This document shows, piece by piece, positions 10,872 to 19,169 of a stretch of 64,000 nt of DNA (within the stretch, counting starts at the first letter, position 1; every line of letters begins with the position of its first letter). Below the pieces are notes generated by a model. The model did not search any database. It saw nothing but the letters and a program-made list of their open reading frames with translations, and had not been told where the DNA came from. This stretch comes from an uncultured virus (IMG/VR IMGVR_UViG_3300006108_000010) (lineage: Duplodnaviria; Heunggongvirae; Uroviricota; Caudoviricetes): IMG/VR virus record IMGVR_UViG_3300006108_000010, positions 1 to 64,000 of that record. The stretch is one strand, 5' to 3'. A program made the translations under genes and the position numbers.

Positions 10872-10903
10872 CAAGTGCTCTAGCCAAGCTGAGCTACACT
10901 CCG
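10872..10903 (-). pseudogene. 5' fragment of a second tRNA-Pro
   Basis: CGGAGTGTAGCTCAGCTTGGCTAGAGCACTTG = acceptor 5' strand, D-arm and start of anticodon stem, then truncated. Confidence 0.7.
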
Positions 10904-10952
10904 TATTCTTAATATACTAATACGGATGTATTATAAAATCAACAAAAAAAAT

Positions 10953-11705
10953 TTAAAATTCGGCAGATTGTCTTCCATGCCAATTTACACCTTGGGAAGA
11001 TCTTTCGCTTTCCAAATGGAAACAAGAAACCGTTGGAAGAAGAATACGATTTTCTCTTTTCCATTGAAGAGCATGTTGAACATCACTTCTTTCTGCTCCA
11101 TACTGATTATCTGGATATTTGAGATTCCATTTCTTCATGTATGAACCATGCCATAACTGAAAAAATCCAATTGGAGCATATCCAAATTCACGATGAACGA
11201 GCCTTGCACCTTCTTCTAAAACTGGTTTTTCAAAAAGAAATTTATCTCTATATTGCTTATTAAACGCAGAACTTTTGATTAATTTATTGTATTCGGCTCT
11301 TCCGATTACGTTTTGGCGATCCATTCCATAGATACAATCTTTATTTAATGGAGTCATAAACAAATTATTTCTAAAATTATGAGGAAGTAAAATATCTGCA
11401 TCAATATGAGCAACCCAATCATTATATCTTAAGTGAGAAAGACCCAAATTAATTCCACGAGCTTTGTTGAAAGGATCTTCACTCTCGTAAAAGCAATCAG
11501 TAATTACAGGATCAATATTGAAGTGACGGCAAATTTGTTGAGTTTCACGATCTGCAAAGCTTGTAACAACCACAACATTGTCAAAATACTGTAAATTATG
11601 TGGTAATGTCACCCAAAGAAAATCTGGATAGTTCACACAAATTGTGACCATCTCTAAATATCTTCCTCCGTTTTTTGGGCTTCTTGGGTCTAATTCTCTG
11701 CTCAT
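10953..11705 (-). CDS. Glycosyltransferase, GT-A fold (GT2/GT7-like)
   Basis: FNKARGINLG, HIDAD (DxD), YGAERSD. Confidence 0.8.
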   Translation of the reverse strand: MSRELDPRSPKNGGRYLEMVTICVNYPDFLWVTLPHNLQYFDNVVVVTSFADRETQQICRHFNIDPVITDCFYESEDPFNKARGINLGLSHLRYNDWVAHIDADILLPHNFRNNLFMTPLNKDCIYGMDRQNVIGRAEYNKLIKSSAFNKQYRDKFLFEKPVLEEGARLVHREFGYAPIGFFQLWHGSYMKKWNLKYPDNQYGAERSDVQHALQWKRENRILLPTVSCFHLESERSSQGVNWHGRQSAEF

Positions 11706-11762
11706 TTGCTAATACTTACTAGTGTAGAACCACATTAAAATGTGTCTTTTTTGTAATAAAAA

Positions 11763-11785
11763 TGGAGCGTCAAGTAGGATTTGAA
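11763..11785 (-). pseudogene. 3' fragment of a tRNA (T-loop half, acceptor strand, U-CCA)
   Basis: TTCAAATCCTAC-TTGACGC-T-CCA overlapping the GIY-YIG stop codon. Confidence 0.65.
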
Positions 11786-12369
11786 TATCTATTCTTTCTA
11801 TATTTTACACCCTTATACCAATTTTGATTTAACAGAACATCAAACTGTTCTTGTGTTACCATTTTAGATTTTTTATAAAAATCGTTTGATATCCAAAATC
11901 TATTTCTATTACAATTATTCTCTTTCATCCTTTTGCTATACTCTAATCGTTTTTCCTTTGATAAGGCATTTTTCATTTTTTCAACAAATCTTTTTCTATA
12001 TTCTGGATCAGATTTTAATTTGTTAGCATGTATTAAGTGTTGATTTTTTTTATGGTTTAATTTGTTTTTATTTACATAATAAAAATTAGCTGGTCCACCA
12101 AGCTTGACATTGTAGTTTGTTTTATCATTTACGAATTCTTCATTAACAATTTCAATTTCTTTTTTGTACATTTCTTCTTCTGTATTAAACCACTCTAATA
12201 TTTCTTTTTTAAAATTTTTATTTCCGTATTTTTCTATAGCTTTTAATATCAATTTTCCAGATCCCATATACCCATCATCTAAATTATTAGTACTATGGAC
12301 ACCTATATAATATTTTTTATTAATTAAATTGGTTATTTTGTATAGATAGTAAAAATTATTCATATACAT
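11770..12369 (-). CDS. GIY-YIG homing endonuclease (Seg-like)
   Basis: YLYKITNLINKKYYIGVH...YMGSG...E...YN; start re-placed after TAAGTA motif. Confidence 0.9.
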   Translation of the reverse strand: MYMNNFYYLYKITNLINKKYYIGVHSTNNLDDGYMGSGKLILKAIEKYGNKNFKKEILEWFNTEEEMYKKEIEIVNEEFVNDKTNYNVKLGGPANFYYVNKNKLNHKKNQHLIHANKLKSDPEYRKRFVEKMKNALSKEKRLEYSKRMKENNCNRNRFWISNDFYKKSKMVTQEQFDVLLNQNWYKGVKYRKNRYSNPT

Positions 12370-12407
12370 ATACTTACTAGGCAAGGGTCTAAAAATCATA
12401 AAAAATG

Positions 12408-12479
12408 AGCCTGATTTCGGTAACGCTCCGAACATAACGGTTTTGCAGACCGTGGACTTCTCTTGCTGTCTCATCAGGC
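12408..12479 (-). tRNA. tRNA-Cys(GCA), atypical D- and T-loops
   Basis: GCCTGAT/ATCAGGC-U73; ACGGT-CT GCA AA-ACCGT; T-loop AGCGTTA. Confidence 0.75.
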
Positions 12480-12485
12480 AAAAAA

Positions 12486-12577
12486 TGGAAGCAGGTGTGG
12501 GATTCGAACCCACGGAACCGATAAAGGTTCTCCGCATTTCAAGTGCGGTGCAATAAACCGGACTCTACCAACCTGCC
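12486..12577 (-). tRNA. tRNA-Ser(UGA)
   Basis: Long V-arm, anticodon TGA, CCA. Confidence 0.92.
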
Positions 12578-12582
12578 ATATT

Positions 12583-12671
12583 TGGAAGGAGCGGTGGGAT
12601 TCAAACCCACGGAACCTTTTGGGTTCTTCCGATTAGTAATCGGATACTTTAAATCACTCAGTCACGCTCCC
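12583..12671 (-). tRNA. tRNA-Ser(ACU)
   Basis: Long V-arm; TCCGA-TT ACT AA-TCGGA; CCA. Confidence 0.85.
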
Positions 12672-12704
12672 ACTTTTAATATCTTATCAAATTATTTTTT
12701 TATA

Positions 12705-13187
12705 TCAAGAATATTTTTTTAAATATCTTCCCTTTCTTCCTTTACCTGTATTTTTAGCTTTGAATGTTGGCAGTATGGAATCACAATTATTGCAAATTAT
12801 TCTAAAATTTGAGAGATCATTATTTTCAGAATTACCATCTATATGATCAGCAACTAAAGGTATTTGTACACCTCTCCATTCAGTTAAACCACATATCATG
12901 CATTTATGACCATGCTTATGAATCAAATATTTTTTAATTCTTCTTCTTATGTGAGTTTCTCCAAATTTTTTATATTCACCGGATTCTATCAATTGTAAAT
13001 TCCTTTCGAGATTTTCTTTTTCAAATATTTTACCTTTACTCCAACCAACTAATCCTCTTTGACCACCTGCTTTTGGTGAATGATAAAATTTAATTTTATT
13101 AGGATTTTGTTTGCATGTTTTTTGATGAGCGGTTAATGAACCCTTATTTAAAATTTGTCTACTACAAAATATACATTTATTATCCAT
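12705..13187 (-). CDS. HNH endonuclease
   Basis: CMICG...DHIDGNSENN...ICNNCD; start re-placed at ATG 13187. Confidence 0.88.
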   Translation of the reverse strand: MDNKCIFCSRQILNKGSLTAHQKTCKQNPNKIKFYHSPKAGGQRGLVGWSKGKIFEKENLERNLQLIESGEYKKFGETHIRRRIKKYLIHKHGHKCMICGLTEWRGVQIPLVADHIDGNSENNDLSNFRIICNNCDSILPTFKAKNTGKGRKGRYLKKYS

Positions 13188-13237
13188 AAAAATACTTATA
13201 GTTATGACGATACATTTCAATAAACCATTTAAAAAAA

Positions 13238-13450
13238 ACGTGGTGTTTGAAGGATTTTGTTGCGCACTTTGTTCCTTCTTCAACGGGCAAGGCTGCGTGG
13301 AACGCTGCCCTATCCGTATAGCTAATGTTGTTCTAATCAGTAACATCATAGCTCCTGTAGCTTCGCTAGTTACCATTCAGAAAGTCATCCCAACTTACCA
13401 ATCAGCAAAGATTCGTTTCCTAGTTAGGTGATTTGCTACCCCCCAACCGT
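13238..13450 (-). ncRNA. Candidate structured ncRNA, unassigned
   Basis: GC-rich island with 5 hairpins, own TTTACA-N17-TAAGAT promoter and a 3' poly-T. Confidence 0.55.
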
Positions 13451-13499
13451 ATTAATATCTTATCATAGAAAGGTGTCATGTAAAGCATAAATATTAATA

Positions 13500-13862
13500 G
13501 TGAAAGATAACGACGAAAAAAAATTACAGATGATTTATGAAAAGATGAATCATTACTCTGGTGCTGATATTAAAGAAGATGATATTGGTGAAGAAGAAAA
13601 AAGCGGAGAAGTACCAGATGAGAAGCCACATGTTATCTATATTGATATCGGAGATGATATCTGGGAGATTGATCTGTTATCGGATGACCATAAAAAAGAT
13701 CCGAATAACCTTTTACACAAGATCAAGAAATTCTTAATCTATTATAAGAATGATCATGATATAAATCACAATTTTTTACATGGTTTACTCAACAGCGAAA
13801 AACTCCACAAGTATTTGAAGAAATTTAATACTCACCCTAAAGAATTTTTAAATCAGCTATAA
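13500..13862 (+). CDS. Hypothetical protein with shared N-terminal motif
   Basis: MKDNDEKKLQMIYEKM; TAAATA just upstream. Confidence 0.65.
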   Translation: MKDNDEKKLQMIYEKMNHYSGADIKEDDIGEEEKSGEVPDEKPHVIYIDIGDDIWEIDLLSDDHKKDPNNLLHKIKKFLIYYKNDHDINHNFLHGLLNSEKLHKYLKKFNTHPKEFLNQL

Positions 13863-14437
13863 GCAGAAATAATTTTATTTGCAATGGTTTCTAAATAATC
13901 TGCTCTTTCTTTCTTATCCCAATCCATAGGGGTTTCTAGTGTGCAATAAGGAATACCTCTTTTTCTCATTGCTCTTTCTAATGTTCCCTTTGTTGGCAAG
14001 TGACCGAAAGAAATAACACCATCCTCTGTTTTATCTCCACATGCACTCTTTGCTTTCGGTGCATGAATTGATGCCAATATATCCTTTAGCTTTTCTTTAA
14101 ACTCTGGATTACAATAAGCATAGATTCCACTTCCATCACAATCTTCATGTAGTGCTATTACGACTCTTGGTTTTAAAGATAAAATTTTATTTAAAATTCT
14201 ATCTTCTTTTTCTACCGAATCCTTTTGGTCAAAGTGTCTATTTAAATCAATTGAACCATCTCTTCTTTTTCCTGTCTTATTGACATGGGATATAACGTAG
14301 ATTCCTTCTTTACCTTTAAATCTATCGGCAGCAATAGTTCCAGCTACTTCATCTCCATGAATTCCTCCGACTACAACAATCGGAGAAGATACCTTCTCGT
14401 ATAAAAATTCTAATATTAGGCTATCCCTATCTTTCAT
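13853..14437 (-). CDS. M14/succinylglutamate desuccinylase-aspartoacylase-like Zn hydrolase
   Basis: GGIHGDE, DLNRHF, LHED, TLET motifs. Confidence 0.85.
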   Translation of the reverse strand: MKDRDSLILEFLYEKVSSPIVVVGGIHGDEVAGTIAADRFKGKEGIYVISHVNKTGKRRDGSIDLNRHFDQKDSVEKEDRILNKILSLKPRVVIALHEDCDGSGIYAYCNPEFKEKLKDILASIHAPKAKSACGDKTEDGVISFGHLPTKGTLERAMRKRGIPYCTLETPMDWDKKERADYLETIANKIISAYS

Positions 14438-14451
14438 CTTATACTTACACT

Positions 14452-14525
14452 TGGAGGGCGTAGAGGGAATCGAACCCTCTCATTAAGTTTGGAAGACTAA
14501 CAGGCTACCGTTACATCATACGCCC
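14452..14525 (-). tRNA. tRNA-Gly(UCC)
   Basis: Cloverleaf, anticodon TCC, U-CCA. Confidence 0.9.
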
Positions 14526-14533
14526 AAAAAAAC

Positions 14534-14608
14534 TGGCATCGCCAAGGGGAATCGAACCCCTATTCCACGGATGAAAACCGTGTATCCTAACCGTTAGATG
14601 ATGGCGAC
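14534..14608 (-). tRNA. tRNA-Glu(UUC)
   Basis: CACGG-TT TTC AT-CCGTG, CCA. Confidence 0.92.
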
Positions 14609-14754
14609 TCTATTTATATATCTTAGAGATGTTTTCGCACAAAGTCAACAATAAAGATGATGATACTTAAAATAAAATATCCCAAAAAAAATATCAAAAC
14701 AGATACTCCTGTCATAGCGGCTTCTAGTGGATCAAGCACATATATACTTACAAT

Positions 14755-14827
14755 TGGCAGGGGTGGGATTTGAACCCACGATCCTCTGGTTATGAGCCAG
14801 ATGACTTAACCACTTGTCCACCCTGCG
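14755..14827 (-). tRNA. tRNA-Met(CAU), initiator-like C1 mismatch
   Basis: CGCAGGG/CCCTGCC-A, anticodon CAT; only two G:C pairs at the base of the anticodon stem. Confidence 0.85.
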
Positions 14828-14833
14828 ATAAAT

Positions 14834-14908
14834 TGGCACGTTGGGTGGGTAACGCTCCCACATAAGGCAGTTTTGGAGACTGCTGCATTTCTTGTCTGCC
14901 ACCAACGT
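14834..14908 (-). tRNA. tRNA-Trp(CCA), atypical D- and T-loops
   Basis: ACGTTGG/CCAACGT-G-CCA; anticodon CCA; T-loop AGCGTTA. Confidence 0.8.
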
Positions 14909-14911
14909 ATA

Positions 14912-14986
14912 TGGAGCCTCTGGTCGGGATTAAACCGACGACCCTTCGCTTACAAGGCGAAAGCTCTATCACTGAGCTACAGAGGC
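14912..14986 (-). tRNA. tRNA-Thr(UGU)
   Basis: Cloverleaf, anticodon TGT, CCA. Confidence 0.9.
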
Positions 14987-15211
14987 AATAAATTTATATT
15001 AATAACTTACCACACCAACCCTTTGATGTCAATCAAAAGATAAATCTTTTTTCTCAATTTTTTCAATACTACCAGTTCTTCCTGATTGAACTACATAATA
15101 AAATTCTTCCTCACGAAGAATCTCTATAATCTGACCTCTTTCTAATGAAGGGTGATTTTCCGTTATTACAACAGCCTGACGATAGTTATGTCTTTTGTTA
15201 TGCATCAAATA

Positions 15212-15357
15212 TTACTTCTTTTTCTTTTTGTTTTTAACACAGTTATTTACTATTTTACCAAAAAGTTTTTAGTTCCTTTTTTGTGATAACCTTTCCAACA
15301 GTTGACTTCAGTAATAACACTTCTTATTATTTTATAAAGATTTATTTCTTTTTCCAT
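15212..15357 (-). pseudogene. Small basic Cys-motif protein (CWKGY...NCVK), frameshifted in an A run
   Basis: MEKEINLYKIIRSVITEVNCWKGYHKKGTK continues as KLFGKIVNNCVK only with one more A at 15266-15270. Confidence 0.55.
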
Positions 15358-15599
15358 CTGATTGCTTTATGACCTTTCTTTTTTCTTTTACTTGCTGAAC
15401 ACATTGCTTTTGTAGGGCGACAAGCTGGATAACCTTTTCTTTTTTCGCCTTTTTGTCTACCGCAAACCTTACCAGTTTTACAATCTATCCAACCTTTTTG
15501 ACCACCTGCACCTCTGCGTGAAAACCACCCGTGAAGTCCTTCACGTTTTTCCTTTTCGAAACCTTCTAATAAAGTTGCTACAAGTGAATCAAATTTCAT
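15342..15599 (-). CDS. Small basic Cys-rich protein (GLHGWF...GWIDC...YPACRP)
   Basis: Motif type recalled from T4-like aquatic phages; N-terminus MKFDSLVATLLE. Confidence 0.7.
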   Translation of the reverse strand: MKFDSLVATLLEGFEKEKREGLHGWFSRRGAGGQKGWIDCKTGKVCGRQKGEKRKGYPACRPTKAMCSASKRKKKGHKAIRWKKK

Positions 15600-15763
15600 T
15601 TCTTTTTAGATTTACCCCAATTTTTAGCACCCTTTTTACGACATTTAACCAATGCACCGGATGCGTAGGCGGAGGGCCACACCTTATATCTGCTCTTTAC
15701 TTTATAGTAACAAGCATCTTTTTTTTCTTCTAATATAGAAGCAACTAAAGCATCAAATTTCAT
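15596..15763 (-). CDS. Small basic protein (55 aa) DACYYKVKSRYKVWPSAYASGALVKCRK
   Basis: Manually translated, below the ORF-track cut-off; N-terminus MKFDALVASILEE. Confidence 0.75.
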   Translation of the reverse strand: MKFDALVASILEEKKDACYYKVKSRYKVWPSAYASGALVKCRKKGAKNWGKSKKK

Positions 15764-15764
15764 A

Positions 15765-16169
15765 TTACTGGGCAGGTGTTTGTATAGTACCAGCTTTTCT
15801 TTCTAAGTAAATTAAACGTTGATCTAAATTGTCCATTCTTTTATCTAGACCTGCTTCGGTTTGGTTAATATGTTTTAAATCTTCTGAGAAGATACTTTGA
15901 TTGTTAATTATGGTTTCTAGCTTCTCCTGTGTTACTTCAAATCTTTTTGATGCTTCTTCCGAAGCGTGTTTATCAGATTCTATTTGTCTTTCGACATATA
16001 CTGCAAATTTATCTTGGGTTACATAGTGTTGACCCATCCAAAGAGTTGCATAAGAGAACATTATAAATGCTACCACCATTACTGCTGGTTTAATAAAGAT
16101 TGTATACCATTTACTGCCTGGTGATGGAGAATCTAAATGTGACAAAGGATCGAGAGGATTAAAACTCAT
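15765..16169 (-). CDS. Single-TM coiled-coil protein (possibly lysis-related)
   Basis: TM segment then heptad region; TATAAGTA upstream. Confidence 0.5.
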   Translation of the reverse strand: MSFNPLDPLSHLDSPSPGSKWYTIFIKPAVMVVAFIMFSYATLWMGQHYVTQDKFAVYVERQIESDKHASEEASKRFEVTQEKLETIINNQSIFSEDLKHINQTEAGLDKRMDNLDQRLIYLERKAGTIQTPAQ

Positions 16170-16234
16170 AATATTTTACATCTGTATGATTATACTTATA
16201 TAGCTTGAGGTCACTTTTAAACTAAATATTATAA

Positions 16235-16906
16235 ATGATACAAGGCAAAACCCTAGTAATTTCGGACATTCATCTTGGTTCACCCGTCAGTCGCACCGAT
16301 GCAATCTTAAAGGTTTTAACCGAAGAGAAATACGATAAGTTAATCATTAATGGTGATTTATTGGATAATAACTATTTTGAAAGATATAAAAAGAAACATT
16401 GGAAGGTTTTGGAAACTATCAGAAAAATTTCAAAGAAAAAAGAAGTTATCCTAATAAGAGGAAATCACGATAGAAATTCCGAAGCTCTTGCTGGAATATT
16501 GGGTATAGAATTCGTTGAAAAATATGAAATGCAAATTAGTGATAAACGCTTCTTATTCTTGCACTTAGACATATTTGATACCTTTATTGCCAGTTATGGT
16601 TTATTGACAAGTATCGCTGAAAAAATCTATTATTTTTTTCAAAAACTACATAAGCCATTGGCTATATGGTTAAAAAGAAGCAGTAAAACTTTCCTAGAAG
16701 TTAAAGATAAAATCAAGTATAAAGCATTGGAATATATTCACAATACACAATACGATGCAATTTTTGGTGGTCATGTCCATTACGCAGAAGAATATCACTG
16801 CATAAAAACCAACAAAAGCTATTATAATACTGGATCTTTCTGTGACTCTCCATCTCATTATATCATTATAGATAGTGATGGGATGGTTATTTTGAAGGAA
16901 ATTTAA
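16235..16906 (+). CDS. Metallophosphoesterase, LpxH-like
   Basis: SDIHLG, GDLLD, GNHD, GHVH, NTGSF. Confidence 0.8.
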   Translation: MIQGKTLVISDIHLGSPVSRTDAILKVLTEEKYDKLIINGDLLDNNYFERYKKKHWKVLETIRKISKKKEVILIRGNHDRNSEALAGILGIEFVEKYEMQISDKRFLFLHLDIFDTFIASYGLLTSIAEKIYYFFQKLHKPLAIWLKRSSKTFLEVKDKIKYKALEYIHNTQYDAIFGGHVHYAEEYHCIKTNKSYYNTGSFCDSPSHYIIIDSDGMVILKEI

Positions 16907-18009
16907 GCTCTAATAGTCTTTCTAAGGGTATTAACGCAAGCAATATCTTCGTGGACAGCAACAAAATCAACACCCACTACTTCATCACCATAATTAACAA
17001 TTGAAAATCCATTCTGCCAATTCGGATCTTTTACATATGAAGGGTTTAGATCACAGGCGCAAGCATTCTCATAATTGTAATATGTAACTGCTTTTCTGTT
17101 ACCGACAGCAGGATGTCTCTGCGAGGTAGCACCAAAACGATGAACGTGATTAGTAATAGTTGAAGCAAAAACTTTTTCGTACTCTGCTCTTGCTGACTGA
17201 CCACCATTTTTTCTAACTGCTGTACCGTGCTTAACGATCAAGTTTGTTGGGAGAACTACTTCATCAACCAACTTGATTCTACACCAAGATTCGTTTGGGT
17301 AAAATACATTATCATAAGAAAGCAATTCTTGAATTCTAGGCAACGATGCCGCCTGACCAATTTGCTTACTGAGATATCTCCACCATCTACCTTCCTGACT
17401 ATTACCAGAATGGTTTGCATTAGTTTCCAAGATTTCACAATCCCATGCTTCGGTAATATCATGCAACGTCTTCAAGAATGCATGATACTTCTTTAGTTCA
17501 TCAGCAAGCGAATAGTTGTGACGAACATCATTTGAATAGGTGCTAATTGAAAGCATATCAAGAGTGTCACCATTGAGAATGATTTTCTCTGGTTTTACTT
17601 CTTCAACAACTTTAAAGAAGATTTCAATTGTGGGTTGATGCTCAACGCCAAAATGCAGATCACCAATTACAACAGCTGATTTAGCAGCTTCTTGCCTAAC
17701 CTGTGATCTCTTTGGTGGATCATAATGAATGGGAGTCAATTGCTCCAAGAACTGCAAAACCTCATCACCATCTGCATCATTCTGCTTAAAAACCTTTAGT
17801 GCATTACCAATATATTCACCGTCTTCGTTAATAATTGGCTCCTCCTCAATGTAAGAGCGAGATGTAACATTCAAACTATTACCAATCCAGTTATAGATAG
17901 TCTTCCTAGGAACATCCAGAAGTTTTGAAATTTCGGTGTTTGTTTTACCTTGAGTCTGAAGCTCTCTAGCTTGTTCTATTAGCTGTTGCTTATCGTATGA
18001 ATTTGACAT
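16903..18009 (-). CDS. HTH plus metallophosphoesterase-domain protein
   Basis: N-terminal HTH (NTEISKLLDVPRKTIYNW); GDLH, NGDTLD, ANH, KHG, NHVH. Confidence 0.8.
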   Translation of the reverse strand: MSNSYDKQQLIEQARELQTQGKTNTEISKLLDVPRKTIYNWIGNSLNVTSRSYIEEEPIINEDGEYIGNALKVFKQNDADGDEVLQFLEQLTPIHYDPPKRSQVRQEAAKSAVVIGDLHFGVEHQPTIEIFFKVVEEVKPEKIILNGDTLDMLSISTYSNDVRHNYSLADELKKYHAFLKTLHDITEAWDCEILETNANHSGNSQEGRWWRYLSKQIGQAASLPRIQELLSYDNVFYPNESWCRIKLVDEVVLPTNLIVKHGTAVRKNGGQSARAEYEKVFASTITNHVHRFGATSQRHPAVGNRKAVTYYNYENACACDLNPSYVKDPNWQNGFSIVNYGDEVVGVDFVAVHEDIACVNTLRKTIRA

Positions 18010-18210
18010 ATCACCATATAATAAATGATGATTATAAATATGTCAATTATTTTTTAAAGATATTTCTAAAGGTCTGTTTAAAGGACTCAAATCTTGATTT
18101 CTTTAAATCTCTTAATTTTTTAACATTTAAAATATCTTTTTCAGGTTTTATCTCTTCCTTTTCCCAATCAAAATCTCTATATTTTCTATTTGTGTTATAA
18201 GGTACTTTAT

Positions 18211-19152
18211 TCATACTCTGTAATTAATTGCGTTATTTAAATTTTTGCGAATACCACTATTCTTAATTCCCTCGTTTTCAGGGGAATTAGAATTCATTAA
18301 AGGTGAATTTTCAGAATTTTCTTCTTTAATGTATTCATTTGAATTAACTAAAAGTGAATTTTCAGAATTTTCCGCTTTAGTTAATTCTTTTTTAAACCCG
18401 TCGAATTCGACGGGTTCAGATTTTTTTTCTATTAATGAGTTGTATGCTAAAACCAATGCCACTGCAAGAGGATCAAATACCAAAACGATACCCAAAGTAA
18501 ACCACTTAACAATAGTATCCATATCAACTCCAAACGCCTTTGCCACATATTTGAGAGTCCCAATGTCAACTTCTTTTGAACCTTCAATCTTTTCTTGAAT
18601 TGACTCAGAGGATGTTTTGAAGAGGTCAGTGGTAAGTTGTGCCACTCTATTTCTTGTTTCTGTAATTTCTTCAGATGATCGTTTGATGTCTTCGTAAATG
18701 GGGGCAGCGGATCGTCTAGATAAATTAGGGAGTCTGGCTTCTTGTGCTTTTCTTGCTTCATTTAAAGTATTGATTCTATCATTAAGCTGTTTAATTTCAA
18801 TGTTTAAAAATTCTTTCTTTGAATTTAATGCTTCCTGTTTTACATCCGTGAGTTCTACTTTAACGTGACTTTGCTGATAAGCAGCGGTTAAGAAACCAAA
18901 AATACCAAGAGAAGTTATGCCCATTAAAATAATAACAGCAAGAGTTAAATAAGTTTTAAGTAACCATCCGGTTGTTTTCCAATAACGATGAAGGAATGAT
19001 GCGGCAACTAGTTTACCGACTTCTAATCCTCCTGCCATCACACAGACGGCAATAAATCTAGCTGCATATAATGAAGCTAAACCCTGAACTGAAAAGAATG
19101 CTGCACAGCCAGCAACAATTAATGCTACCAAACCAATAACAAAAGTAAACAT
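18211..19152 (-). CDS. Membrane protein with coiled coil
   Basis: 3 N-terminal TMs, heptads, C-terminal TM VFDPLAV; short ENSENS repeat. Confidence 0.7.
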   Translation of the reverse strand: MFTFVIGLVALIVAGCAAFFSVQGLASLYAARFIAVCVMAGGLEVGKLVAASFLHRYWKTTGWLLKTYLTLAVIILMGITSLGIFGFLTAAYQQSHVKVELTDVKQEALNSKKEFLNIEIKQLNDRINTLNEARKAQEARLPNLSRRSAAPIYEDIKRSSEEITETRNRVAQLTTDLFKTSSESIQEKIEGSKEVDIGTLKYVAKAFGVDMDTIVKWFTLGIVLVFDPLAVALVLAYNSLIEKKSEPVEFDGFKKELTKAENSENSLLVNSNEYIKEENSENSPLMNSNSPENEGIKNSGIRKNLNNAINYRV

Positions 19153-19169
19153 ATAGAATACTTATCTTT

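Noticed and set aside
10668..10874. 68-aa ORF (likewise 14790..14972)
   Set aside because: Largely translation of tRNA genes.
12370..12537. N-terminal extension of the GIY-YIG ORF in the track
   Set aside because: It reads through tRNA-Cys and tRNA-Ser; the real start follows the TAAGTA motif near 12369.
13188..13376. N-terminal extension of the HNH ORF
   Set aside because: It overlaps the candidate ncRNA; a better start is ATG 13187 with its own late-like motif.
13238..13450. RNase P RNA or group I intron assignment
   Set aside because: Only weak resemblance (AGGAAAC, AACAAAAT); the conserved P4/P7 sequences were not found by eye.
18283..18375. Direct repeat GTGAATTTTCAGAATTTTC as a regulatory element
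   Set aside because: In-frame intragenic duplication encoding ENSENS.
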